Below are positions 1 to 8,882 of a DNA stretch of 30,497 bases, piece by piece. Origin of the DNA: a virus (lineage: Duplodnaviria > Caudoviricetes); IMG/VR virus record IMGVR_UViG_3300009158_002590, positions 1 to 30,497 of that record, one strand, 5' to 3'. Both the position numbers and the translations under genes were made by a program. The notes beneath the pieces were generated by a model. That model ran no database searches. It was not told the origin of the DNA and worked only from the letters and a program-made list of their open reading frames with translations. How positions within the stretch are numbered: position 1 is the stretch's first letter; the number at the start of each line of letters is the position of its first letter.

Positions 1-591
1 AATCATGAAGGCACTCGCCGAGGAACAGAGTTCGTCACCCGCAAGATAACTTCCAATGTGGCGAGAATTAAAAACGAAATTAATCTCAGTCTTGGATCTG
101 GCGCTCAATCACTAAAATTAAAGCCACTTGAATTAGGCAATTTATTATCCAAGAGAGATTGGAGCGACGCAGAAGACTTTGTTGATGGCGTTTGGAAGAT
201 GCTAAATCAAGAAGTTTATAGAGAAGATTTACAGCCAGAACTTTATCAAGAAGGGCCGTACAGTAAAGATTTGATTTCTCCGTTGAAAGAATATGTTTTG
301 TCTAGCAACGAAACCCATACTGTAAAAGAGTTTGTCGAACTAGCTTTCTCAGCAGCAGGAATAGAAGGGGTTTGGCTAGGAGATTCAGGAACAATTAACG
401 AAGTATTTATTCATAAACAATTGAGATATCCTTTAGTGGTTGTTAACCCAACGTTTTTCAGACCAGCAGAAGTCGAGATTCTGCTAGGAGATTCAACAGA
501 AGCTAGACGCCATATTGGGTGGATTCCAAAAACTTCTTTTTCAGAATTAGTCAAAAAAATGGTGAATAATGATTTGAAAAATAGCGCTTGA
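1..591 (+). CDS. gmd: GDP-mannose 4,6-dehydratase, C-terminal part (gene starts before the window)
   Basis: Frame 1 is open from base 1 and reads NHEGTRRGTEFVTRKIT, then LGNLLSKRDW and FFRPAEVEILLGDSTEA. These match the Gmd signature motifs NHESPRRGETFVTRKIT, LGNLDAKRDW and RPAEVDLLLGD. Confidence 0.93.
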   Translation, partial: NHEGTRRGTEFVTRKITSNVARIKNEINLSLGSGAQSLKLKPLELGNLLSKRDWSDAEDFVDGVWKMLNQEVYREDLQPELYQEGPYSKDLISPLKEYVLSSNETHTVKEFVELAFSAAGIEGVWLGDSGTINEVFIHKQLRYPLVVVNPTFFRPAEVEILLGDSTEARRHIGWIPKTSFSELVKKMVNNDLKNSA

Positions 592-615
592 CAAAAAAAC
601 GGCAATAGATAATAT
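588..615 (+). promoter_or_regulatory. Putative sigma70-type promoter for the TpsA-like gene
   Basis: TTGACA at 588-593, 16-nt spacer, TAATAT at 610-615; ATG at 626. Confidence 0.55.
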
Positions 616-625
616 CTTAAATATC

Positions 626-2134
626 ATGACTAATATTAATCATAATTCAAATCTTGCCCGAAAGGCTTTCTTATCTGCTATCGCAGCCTTGTGCTTTTCC
701 TGTGCGGCTTTTGCGTTGCCAGGAACTGGGCCAACGAACTTGCAAACTTCTCCTGGAGTTTCTTTCGAAACCGCTGGATCAAAGTTAACGTTTACCGCAC
801 CTGATAAATCGGTATTAAATTGGAACGCTTTTGGCAGCGGAACAAACGCCATCTCTGCTGGAGATGCTGTGGTCTATAATCTGCCGAACACAAACGCTTC
901 TGTTCTGAATGTAGTAAGCGGCGGAGCATCTACAACAATTGAAGGGGCACTCGCTTCTAATGGTAAACTTTATATTCTTAATCCAAACGGAATTATTATT
1001 GGCGGCTCTAGCCGAATCGACACTAATGGATTTACACTCAGCACGGTAGATAACGCGTTTTCTGGACAGTTCCACTACATTAACAACGGAAAACTCGCAA
1101 GTGAAACTGGAGCACGCACAGCTTCCGGTAATACAGTTATTAATGGAAACGCGATTATTAACTCAGAAAATATTACAATTTTGACCAAAGACATCGCCGT
1201 AAATGGTGGGTTTATGAATGGGAGTCTCATTGTTAGTGCAGACGGTCTAGTTTCGCTTGGCCTCGCTGGGAATACATTTTATGTTTCAAATGGGGTTAGT
1301 GTAGTCAATCCAACTGGCAACACAATTGTTGGAGCGCCAAACGCAGTTGTTGCATCTAATGGTGCGGTTAGCGTTAACACCACGAGCGGCACGATCACAA
1401 ACGCTGCTGGATCTACGCTTAGTGCGGGTTCAGTTTCCTTTTCTTCTGTAACTGGAGATATTAATGTATCTGGAATCGGTGCGGTAAAAACTTCAGTTGC
1501 AGGAAAGAATGTCACTATTGGATTTGGCAACGCGGCCAAATCTTCGATTTCGGCAAACGTTACTGGAAACCTAATCGTCACTGCTCAAAACTTCCTAACG
1601 CTAGATAGTCTTAATAACTCCTCTGGCACAACGTCGGTAACGTCCAGCGGCAAACTTACTCTAGGTGATATTCATATCGATAGCGTCGCGCCGACTTCAT
1701 TTGTCGGTTCTAGCGTAGTTGACAGCTTCGACAATTCATTTGTCTATGGTCCAGTTCTTTTCGTCTCTACAGTTGGAGAGGTTGCCATCACTAAAGCTGG
1801 CCACAGCTTCGGCCCAGTGAGTGTTAACTCGGCCACAAGCGCTACGGTATATGAGGGGGCAGCGTTAAACTTGAATATTGTTCGAGCAAAAGATCTTACC
1901 GCAAAAACTGGAGAGTTTTTTTTCCAGACTCCAGTGACAGCGTCTCTTATCGCAGATAAGTTTAATCTTGCCGCGTTAGGTACGGTAAATTTTATTACCG
2001 GAAACGTCGTTAGCGGCCTCACTGTAAGCACTTTTGGGAACGTCGATCTTAGCAAATTGAGTTTGTTGACAAATCTTAACGGCTTAACTCCCAGCGTTAC
2101 AACTAGAGGAACAGTGACAAACCCAGCGCCATAA
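626..2134 (+). CDS. Secreted protein with a filamentous haemagglutinin N-terminal (TPS secretion) domain; beta-helix, TpsA-like
   Basis: Sec-type signal peptide (RKAFLSAIAALCFSCAAFA|LP). TPS-domain motifs VLNWNAF, VLNVVSGG..T.IEG.L.SNG and LYILNPNGIIIG. The remainder is G/S/T/N/V-rich, beta-helix-like sequence. Confidence 0.85.
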   Translation: MTNINHNSNLARKAFLSAIAALCFSCAAFALPGTGPTNLQTSPGVSFETAGSKLTFTAPDKSVLNWNAFGSGTNAISAGDAVVYNLPNTNASVLNVVSGGASTTIEGALASNGKLYILNPNGIIIGGSSRIDTNGFTLSTVDNAFSGQFHYINNGKLASETGARTASGNTVINGNAIINSENITILTKDIAVNGGFMNGSLIVSADGLVSLGLAGNTFYVSNGVSVVNPTGNTIVGAPNAVVASNGAVSVNTTSGTITNAAGSTLSAGSVSFSSVTGDINVSGIGAVKTSVAGKNVTIGFGNAAKSSISANVTGNLIVTAQNFLTLDSLNNSSGTTSVTSSGKLTLGDIHIDSVAPTSFVGSSVVDSFDNSFVYGPVLFVSTVGEVAITKAGHSFGPVSVNSATSATVYEGAALNLNIVRAKDLTAKTGEFFFQTPVTASLIADKFNLAALGTVNFITGNVVSGLTVSTFGNVDLSKLSLLTNLNGLTPSVTTRGTVTNPAP

Positions 2135-3073
2135 TTGGAATTTTATAAAAAATATTGTGTTTTAAACGAGGTCGATTCAAATAGAATCAACCTCCCAAAA
2201 AACATTTCAAATACTGAGCTTTATACTAATGAGGCTCAGTTTCTTATTTCACGTGGAGAATTGTATACGGAAAGATGTAGCGCTAAAATGGACGAACTTA
2301 GAGTTAGTTTTTTTATTGATTTTACTTCTCAAGTTTTAAAGCATTATTCATTAAATCATCTTAACTTTAAATTTATTGTTAATTTTAACGATGGCCCAGA
2401 AAACGATTCTAAAGAGACAAGGCTTTGTTTTGCTAGACCTAGAAATAGCCCTCATATTTGCGTTCCAGACTCACATTTAGGAAGAACAGTTTCCATATGC
2501 GATTCCCTAGAATCTATTGATAAACCTTTTGATCAGAAAATTAATAAAGTATCTTTTTTTGGATCGGACACTGGTAGAAAATATAAAGATGGTTCTGTCC
2601 AAAGAGTTAATTTTTGTCAAAGATACAAAAATAGCGAAAATGTAATTGCCAAAATAACCAATTTCGTAGAGCATCCGTTTGACGATTCCATATATTCAAA
2701 TCCTGTTTCAATAAAAGACCAACTTGATTATAAATATATATTAAATATAAATGGAAATACGACATCTTGGGAAAGGTTAATTTGGGCGATGAACTCAAAT
2801 TCGCTTTGTTTATTTTTGCGACCGCCATCTCACCAAGATGAAATATCTTGGTATTATCACATGTTCGATTTAGCTCAATTTTTTATCACTTTAGATTCCG
2901 ATTCCATTGAAAACTTTTTAGGTTCTGCTGTTGACTGGCAATCTGAAATGCAAGCATTCAAAAATCATCAAAAAAATATTTCAAAATGTCTTGCCAGTAT
3001 TGATTTCCATGCTCACTATTACGCTCAGGTATTATTAAACTATAATCAAATATATAATGAATCAGTCAAATAA
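2135..3073 (+). CDS. Glycosyltransferase family 90 (CAP10/POGLUT-like)
   Basis: Motifs FFGSDTG, DQLDYKYILNINGNTTSWERLIWAMNSNSL and ISWYY resemble the GT90 consensus (YKY.L.IDGN..S.R....L.SNS...EWY). The TTG start is uncertain. Confidence 0.72.
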   Translation: MEFYKKYCVLNEVDSNRINLPKNISNTELYTNEAQFLISRGELYTERCSAKMDELRVSFFIDFTSQVLKHYSLNHLNFKFIVNFNDGPENDSKETRLCFARPRNSPHICVPDSHLGRTVSICDSLESIDKPFDQKINKVSFFGSDTGRKYKDGSVQRVNFCQRYKNSENVIAKITNFVEHPFDDSIYSNPVSIKDQLDYKYILNINGNTTSWERLIWAMNSNSLCLFLRPPSHQDEISWYYHMFDLAQFFITLDSDSIENFLGSAVDWQSEMQAFKNHQKNISKCLASIDFHAHYYAQVLLNYNQIYNESVK

Positions 3074-3683
3074 AGTTGAACTTATTGGAATTTATGGCGA
3101 CGACCTTACTCATGCCTGCTCTGCTTGGACATCAACCAGTAGAGAAATCAACGAAGAAAAGAAGGGTCGAGTTGTAGATTTACTCAAGATGTTGGCTGAA
3201 AATGGACACCATACACCATTTGAAAAATCCTCCCTACATTTTTTAGTTAATACTGATATTGCATCTCATATTCATATTCTCAAGCACCGTATTGGCGTGT
3301 CAGTTAATGGGGAATCAGCCCGTTATAAAGAGATTAAAGAAGATGGATTTTTAATTCCAGATGATTGGCCCGACTCTTGGAAAGAAATTCTTAATAGTTA
3401 TACAGAAAGAGGTCTAGATCTTTATCATAAGTGTGTTGATGACTTGGTTCAAAATCACGGATTTAATCGAAAGCGAGCTAAAGAATCTGCGAGATTTTTT
3501 AGACCATACAATACGCAAATCGCTGCTGATGTGATGTTTAACTGGCGTTCATTTGGTCATTTTCTAAATCTTAGAAATAAACCAGATGCTCAAAAAGAAA
3601 TCAGGGATATCGCTGCTCAAATGTTAGCTTTGGTTAAAGAAACGAATAAATTCCCATTAACTATACAGGCGTTTGGAGTGTAA
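3057..3683 (+). CDS. thyX: Flavin-dependent thymidylate synthase
   Basis: GHHTPFE, HILKHR...NGESARY (ThyX RHR..S motif variant), AKESAR, NWRSFGHFLNLR...AQKEIR. Confidence 0.93.
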   Translation: MNQSNKVELIGIYGDDLTHACSAWTSTSREINEEKKGRVVDLLKMLAENGHHTPFEKSSLHFLVNTDIASHIHILKHRIGVSVNGESARYKEIKEDGFLIPDDWPDSWKEILNSYTERGLDLYHKCVDDLVQNHGFNRKRAKESARFFRPYNTQIAADVMFNWRSFGHFLNLRNKPDAQKEIRDIAAQMLALVKETNKFPLTIQAFGV

Positions 3684-3687
3684 AGTA
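3677..3687 (+). promoter_or_regulatory. AGTGTAAA motif, copy 1 (candidate phage-specific promoter)
   Basis: AGTGTAAAGTA begins 15 nt before the GTG at 3692. The same core lies upstream of the genes at 13871/13880 and 17511. Confidence 0.4.
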
Positions 3688-3691
3688 GTAT

Positions 3692-4126
3692 GTGCCTACT
3701 GAACTTATAAGCCTAATGGGAGGAGCCGCTACTGGCTTTATCTTTCGTTTGATCGCGGCTAAATCGGAAGAAAGTAAAAACAGGTTTAACCGCATGATGA
3801 ACGCTATAGATAAATCGGACGAATCTGCGGATAAAGCCTCTAAAAGAGATGGCGACGTAGGTAAAATGGTTAGGCAATTTATCGTAGTTTCTGTCATATT
3901 CTCTATTGTTATATCTCCATTCGTTATGGCTATCCTTGGCGTCCCAACTTATCTTGAAGTTGATTATAACAACGGAGGCAGTATTTTAGGTTTAATTGGT
4001 CAGGACGTGAGCAGCAAAGCTTTTGTCGAAATCTCCGGTAATTTAATTACCTCGGAAATAAGACAGTGCCTTATCGCTGTTACCGGATTTTACTTCGGAT
4101 CAGCCTCGGCATCGAACAAATCGTAA
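3692..4126 (+). CDS. Small membrane protein, holin-like (3-TM type)
   Basis: Three hydrophobic segments (ISLMGGAATGFIF, FIVVSVIFSIVISPFVMAILGV, CLIAVTGFYFG). The C-terminal GFYFGS resembles 3-TM GTA-type holins. Confidence 0.5.
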   Translation: MPTELISLMGGAATGFIFRLIAAKSEESKNRFNRMMNAIDKSDESADKASKRDGDVGKMVRQFIVVSVIFSIVISPFVMAILGVPTYLEVDYNNGGSILGLIGQDVSSKAFVEISGNLITSEIRQCLIAVTGFYFGSASASNKS

Positions 4127-4132
4127 TAGGTC

Positions 4133-4161
4133 TTGACAAATCTTTCTGAATCTGCTCAACT
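4133..4161 (+). promoter_or_regulatory. Putative sigma70-type promoter heading the recA-dnaB-dnaG block
   Basis: Intergenic TTGACA at 4133-4138, 17-nt spacer ending in TGc, weak -10 TCAACT at 4156-4161. The ATG at 4168 gives leaderless geometry. Confidence 0.5.
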
Positions 4162-4167
4162 GGCAGA

Positions 4168-4497
4168 ATGAAAGAAAAGATCAACCGCGCAAAGATTATC
4201 GGATCTCTGGTCGAGCTTCCCGCTAAACCTGACAAGAGATTTTGGCAAAAGGAAATGGTTTTTCTAAAAAAACTAGAGAAGATTTACGGCATAGACTTTT
4301 TGGTGCAAATCAAAGAGGAAAAGAAGTTCCCAACATTAGCGTTCTTCTTTGCAGATTGGAAGAAGAAGCTACTTGACGTTGACTACAAGGAGTATTACTA
4401 TACTCGCCTTCATAAAGAAGATCTCTCCACGGAAGAGAAGATCGGCAAAGACGCTGAAATACAGACTAAGAAAACACTTAAACAATTTTTATCATGA
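4168..4497 (+). CDS. Hypothetical basic protein
   Basis: 109-aa ORF with an ATGA overlap to the recA-like gene; no family recognised. Confidence 0.7.
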   Translation: MKEKINRAKIIGSLVELPAKPDKRFWQKEMVFLKKLEKIYGIDFLVQIKEEKKFPTLAFFFADWKKKLLDVDYKEYYYTRLHKEDLSTEEKIGKDAEIQTKKTLKQFLS

Positions 4498-5660
4498 CCA
4501 AAAAGACAAAAGAACAAGAAGAAAAACAGGACGCAGTATCTTCAAAAAACATTTTAACCTCCTTTCTAAAAAATACAAAAGAAGATCATTATAATTTTGA
4601 AGAAGCTATATCTTATAAAGTTTCAACTGGATCGTTAACTTTCGACCTTTTAACGGGTGGAGGTTTAAGACCGGGCGTTCATCGATTTGTAGGCTTTACC
4701 GAGGGCGGCAAAACTTCAGCTGCGCTCGAAGTAATGAAGAACTTTCTAAATACTATCGAAGGAGCTAAGGGTTTTTTTATCAAGGCTGAAGGTAGACTTT
4801 CGGAAGAGATGATAAAGCGCTCTGGCGTTAAATTTGTTTTCGATGCAGAACAATGGGAGGCGGGAACTTGTTTTGTTTTTGAGTGCAATATTTACGAGAC
4901 TGTTGTTGATGCGTTGCGTCAACTAGTAATAAAAAACGAAGAACAGAATAAGTATATGTTTATTCTTGATTCTGTTGACGGTCTCATCACCAAAGGCGAT
5001 TTAAATAAGACGTTTGAAGAATCCAAAAAGGTTGCAGGTGGAGCCGTTCTCGCTTCAGACTTCATGAAGCGCATGTCAATTGCCCTCCAAAAACGCGGGC
5101 ATATGGCAGTCTTCATTTCACAAGTAAGAAGCGATGTTAGGATCGATCCTTATAGCTCCGCTCCAATTCGTCAAACCTCCGCAACCGGAGGCAACGCTCT
5201 TCTCCATTTTGCGGATTTTATTTTTGAATTTGAAGCTCGATTTGAAGGAGATATCATTTTGAAAGATCCATCCATAAAAAAGTCTGATCCTATCAAAAAT
5301 CCAATTATTGGTCATTCATGCAAAGTGGTAATTAAAAAAAGCCCAAATGAAAAAAGCAAAGTAAAGTTCTCTTATCCAATTAAATATGGGCGCACCGATG
5401 GCCGCTCTATTTGGCTTGAAAAAGAAATTGTTGACATGCTTATGCGTTGGGAAGTGGTAACTCGCTCTGGCGCTTGGTATTACGTCGCTGAAGACTTTGC
5501 CGTTACTTTAAAAGAAAACGGCTTCGAAGCTCCTGAAAAGTTTCAGGGAGAAAATGCTATTTTTGAATTTGTAGAATCTAATCCAAAACTCGTCAAATTC
5601 TTACATAAGTATTTTGTAGACATGATCTCCTCGAAACCTAATGAAATTCAAAACACTTAG
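4494..5660 (+). CDS. recA: RecA/UvsX-family recombinase
   Basis: STGSLTFDLLTGGG, Walker A GFTEGGKTS, Walker B ILDSVD, VFISQVR, TGGNALLHFA and C-terminal RSGAWY. Confidence 0.9.
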   Translation: MTKKTKEQEEKQDAVSSKNILTSFLKNTKEDHYNFEEAISYKVSTGSLTFDLLTGGGLRPGVHRFVGFTEGGKTSAALEVMKNFLNTIEGAKGFFIKAEGRLSEEMIKRSGVKFVFDAEQWEAGTCFVFECNIYETVVDALRQLVIKNEEQNKYMFILDSVDGLITKGDLNKTFEESKKVAGGAVLASDFMKRMSIALQKRGHMAVFISQVRSDVRIDPYSSAPIRQTSATGGNALLHFADFIFEFEARFEGDIILKDPSIKKSDPIKNPIIGHSCKVVIKKSPNEKSKVKFSYPIKYGRTDGRSIWLEKEIVDMLMRWEVVTRSGAWYYVAEDFAVTLKENGFEAPEKFQGENAIFEFVESNPKLVKFLHKYFVDMISSKPNEIQNT

Positions 5661-6045
5661 TGGTAAAGAAAAGATTCTTAAAAACGCTAGAAAATATATT
5701 ATTAATTGGGAGTGTAAGTCTAGAAGTAAAATCCAATGGAGGGTAAAACAGTTTCTGCTCACGTACTGGAAACACGATATAGTTTTCGAAGAGCTTCCAG
5801 TCGTTGGCAGTAGGCTTTCTTTGGATTTTTACAATGCGAATAAAAAAACTGCGGTGGAGGTTCAAGGGAAACAACACCAAACTTATAATCCATATTTTCA
5901 CGCATCCAATCGCCAAAATTGGATCTCTCAATTAAAAAGAGACGATTTAAAGCTTGAATTCTGCTTGACAAACGGAATCAGACTAGTAGAGATATACGAA
6001 ACCGACACTCTTTGCGAAGAGTTATTTAAAAAACATTTCTTATGA
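5641..6045 (+). CDS. PD-(D/E)XK endonuclease, Vsr/DUF559-like
   Basis: The pattern E..V....L.LDFY......AVEVQGKQH...RDDLK..FC..NGIRLVEI. Confidence 0.75.
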   Translation: MKFKTLSGKEKILKNARKYIINWECKSRSKIQWRVKQFLLTYWKHDIVFEELPVVGSRLSLDFYNANKKTAVEVQGKQHQTYNPYFHASNRQNWISQLKRDDLKLEFCLTNGIRLVEIYETDTLCEELFKKHFL

Positions 6046-6305
6046 GCAAAAAACAAAAAGAAGACAAACAGGAGCCGAAAGACTTTTTATTTCCAACTAA
6101 GCTTGTGGAACAGATTTATGAAATTTCTGGAGGAGCAGATTCTTACAAAGGCGTGATCCTTTGTGTCTGCTCACCAAAAGGAGAGCCTCAAGTTTACACA
6201 AGGTTCGATTCTATGATAACCGCCCTTGGCATGAAAACTGCCCTTGGCCAATGGCTCTCCGACCAAGAGAGTGAGTTCTCAGCCGCAGCCGCAGACAACG
6301 AATAA
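6042..6305 (+). CDS. Hypothetical protein
   Basis: 87-aa ORF translationally coupled on both sides (ATGA and TAATG overlaps). Confidence 0.7.
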   Translation: MSKKQKEDKQEPKDFLFPTKLVEQIYEISGGADSYKGVILCVCSPKGEPQVYTRFDSMITALGMKTALGQWLSDQESEFSAAAADNE

Positions 6306-7822
6306 TGCTTTATTCCCTAGAAGTCGAGAAGCAGTTCCTAGCGGGACTACTTCAGTATCCAGAGACTTACTCTGAAATTTGCGATTTCGTTTCGGAATCG
6401 GATTTTTATTCCGAAGATACTATCGTTCACAAAACGATTTATCACATTATCCGAAAATGCTTGGAGTCGAACGAGAAGGTTGACGAGATCATTATCGCTC
6501 AAAGAATCAAAGAGATTGGTATTTCCTTTAAGGATAACATCGATGTTTTTGATTACTTGAGGTCTCTAGCTATCAGAAAGACCAACAAGACCACTGCGAT
6601 TTCCGCCGCAAAGGAGATTAAAAAATACTCTATTAGAAGAGGCATTTACGAATCTGCCCTTGAGGTTGCAGAGAAGATGAAAAGAATAGCCCCTGATTCT
6701 TCTTATCAAAAGATTGTCGAAGAGGCTGACACCACATTTAATAAGATTATTAATATTTATGAGAACAACGAAGAAAAGCCAGTCAACATTTTTGAAGAGA
6801 TGGAGGCTGTCATTGAAGAGCGTGGGAACAATCCTATTACTGAATTTGGCCTCATGGGTCCATTCCCCACAGTTAATAAGATTTATGGATCTCTTCTTCG
6901 GCCCGGTAATATTACTGTTATCGTCGCTCGCTCGGGTGTAGGAAAAACCCTGCTAGCTCTAAATTACACGACGAAAGTTTCAGCCCAGCACGATGTTCCC
7001 GTTTTGCATTTCGATAACGGAGAAATGAGCAAGGAGGAGGTTATCATGCGTCAGTGCGCGGCACTTAGTCACGTTCCCATGCACTTGCTCGAAACTGGTC
7101 TTTGGCGCAAGGCTGGCGAAGATGTTGTTCAGAAAGTTCGATCCACTTGGGAAAAGATCAAGAAGCTTAAATTTTATTATTATAATGTCGGTGGAATGAC
7201 CACTGATCAAATGATTAATAATCTTAAGCGTTTTTATTATTCCAAGGTTGGTCGCGGCAATCTTCTTATCTTCAGCTTTGATTACATTAAGCCCTCTGCT
7301 GACAGCGATGGCGGCAAACCAGAATGGCAGGCGATTGGAGACATGCTCAATAAGTTTAAAAAGACTATTCAGCGAGATATCGTGCAAGATCAAAAGCCGA
7401 TGATCACGATGTTCACGTCGATTCAATCTAATCGAAGCGGTATCACAACAAACCGCAATTCCGACGCTATCAATGATGATGAAGGTATCGTATCCATGTC
7501 AGATCGGATCACTCATTATTGTTCTCATATGGCTATCCTGCGCCCCAAGACAGCGGACGAGCGCCAACAAGAAGGAGCGACTTTCGGTTCGCATAAACTT
7601 ATTTTTGTAAAGAATCGATTCCTTGGCTCCGATGTCGCTGGCGCAGTTGAGTTAGTTAGAATGCCAGAGGGCGAGCTTAAGAAGAATTTCATCAATCTCC
7701 AGTTCGAGAATTTCGATATTAAAGAACGCGGCGATTTGCGCGATATTGTAAACCGAGCAGATACCAACGCAACAACCTTAGAAAATTCCCGTGAAAACGA
7801 CGATGTCCCAAGTTTTAATTGA
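6305..7822 (+). CDS. dnaB: Replicative DNA helicase, DnaB family
   Basis: N-terminal E...LAGLL...DFY...H..IY domain; Walker A ARSGVGKT; NGEMS; FDYI; IQSNR; VKNR. Confidence 0.9.
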   Translation: MLYSLEVEKQFLAGLLQYPETYSEICDFVSESDFYSEDTIVHKTIYHIIRKCLESNEKVDEIIIAQRIKEIGISFKDNIDVFDYLRSLAIRKTNKTTAISAAKEIKKYSIRRGIYESALEVAEKMKRIAPDSSYQKIVEEADTTFNKIINIYENNEEKPVNIFEEMEAVIEERGNNPITEFGLMGPFPTVNKIYGSLLRPGNITVIVARSGVGKTLLALNYTTKVSAQHDVPVLHFDNGEMSKEEVIMRQCAALSHVPMHLLETGLWRKAGEDVVQKVRSTWEKIKKLKFYYYNVGGMTTDQMINNLKRFYYSKVGRGNLLIFSFDYIKPSADSDGGKPEWQAIGDMLNKFKKTIQRDIVQDQKPMITMFTSIQSNRSGITTNRNSDAINDDEGIVSMSDRITHYCSHMAILRPKTADERQQEGATFGSHKLIFVKNRFLGSDVAGAVELVRMPEGELKKNFINLQFENFDIKERGDLRDIVNRADTNATTLENSRENDDVPSFN

Positions 7823-8882
7823 CCCAGTAGTTCTCAAAAGTTCGCTTGAGTCTTTGGGGTATCAGCTTAAAGACTATGGCAACTATTGGAGAACAACAGG
7901 TTTGTATCGCGGTGGAGACAACACTACTGCGTTAAAAATCTACAAGAACAGTGGGGTTTGGACTGACTTTGCAACTGGCAGTTCAAAGAGCTATCCGTTC
8001 CAAAGGCTCGTAGAGCTAACATTAGATACAAAAGATTCTTATATTGTAAATAAGTATGTAAAATTTAATCCCGAAAATATCATTCACGTACAAAACAAGG
8101 AGAAAATTGAGATGGAGAAAATTTACCCAGAACTAATACTAGACAATCTTTTGCCTCATCTTGATTTTTATTCCTCAAAGATGCTTAGCAAAGATACATT
8201 AGATTTTTACAAGTGTGGGTATGCTACCTCTGGCCAGCTTTTCAGAAGAATTGTGTTTCCAATTTATAATCAATTCGGCCAGATTCATGGTTTTTCCGGT
8301 CGAGCCGTTTTCTGGGAAAAGAGTTCCGAGTTTCCAAAATGGAAACATATAGGTAAGAGAGCAGATTGGGTTTATCCAATTAATTTAAAGCGAAATAATA
8401 TTCTTGAAGCGAAGGAGGAAGTTGAAAAACGACGCTCGATTATTATCGTAGAAAGCATTGGCGACAGTATGGCTTTGTTTGAGCATGGTTATAAAAATAA
8501 TATAGTCACTTTTGGTCTTGGTATTTCATCCAAGCTCTCTGCTGCTCTCGTCGGCCTAAGCCCAGACAAAATCATTATCTCTTCGAACAACGATTCTGAG
8601 GGAGACATTAATCATGGCCTCGTTTCAGCCTGCAAGACTTTTCTTCAGCTTTCTTCTATTTTTGATTATTCGAAACTAGAAATTAAACTCCCGCTTAAAA
8701 ATGATTTTTTTGATATGCACGTCGCAGCATCTGCGGGCGAAAATGATATTTTTGACAAATGGAATAACAAAACGATAAACATGGAAGCTCAAATAAAGAA
8801 AATCCACGAAATCGCCGTTGCTAATAAATTCTCAGATAGCCTTATTAAAAGAGCAGAAAAGATTCTAAATGACGCAACCTGA
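7803..8882 (+). CDS. dnaG: DnaG-like DNA primase (Toprim); start probably ATG 7803 rather than GTG 7791
   Basis: RRIVFPIYNQFGQIHGFSGR (DnaG catalytic-core motif) and Toprim IIVESIGDSMAL; adjacent to dnaB. Confidence 0.83.
   Translation: MSQVLIDPVVLKSSLESLGYQLKDYGNYWRTTGLYRGGDNTTALKIYKNSGVWTDFATGSSKSYPFQRLVELTLDTKDSYIVNKYVKFNPENIIHVQNKEKIEMEKIYPELILDNLLPHLDFYSSKMLSKDTLDFYKCGYATSGQLFRRIVFPIYNQFGQIHGFSGRAVFWEKSSEFPKWKHIGKRADWVYPINLKRNNILEAKEEVEKRRSIIIVESIGDSMALFEHGYKNNIVTFGLGISSKLSAALVGLSPDKIIISSNNDSEGDINHGLVSACKTFLQLSSIFDYSKLEIKLPLKNDFFDMHVAASAGENDIFDKWNNKTINMEAQIKKIHEIAVANKFSDSLIKRAEKILNDAT

Noticed and set aside
3041-3056. TATAAT with a TATA/TATA repeat before thyX as another hairpin-over-promoter case
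   Set aside because: A 4-bp all-AT stem in very AT-rich sequence with no good -35 is likely to arise by chance.
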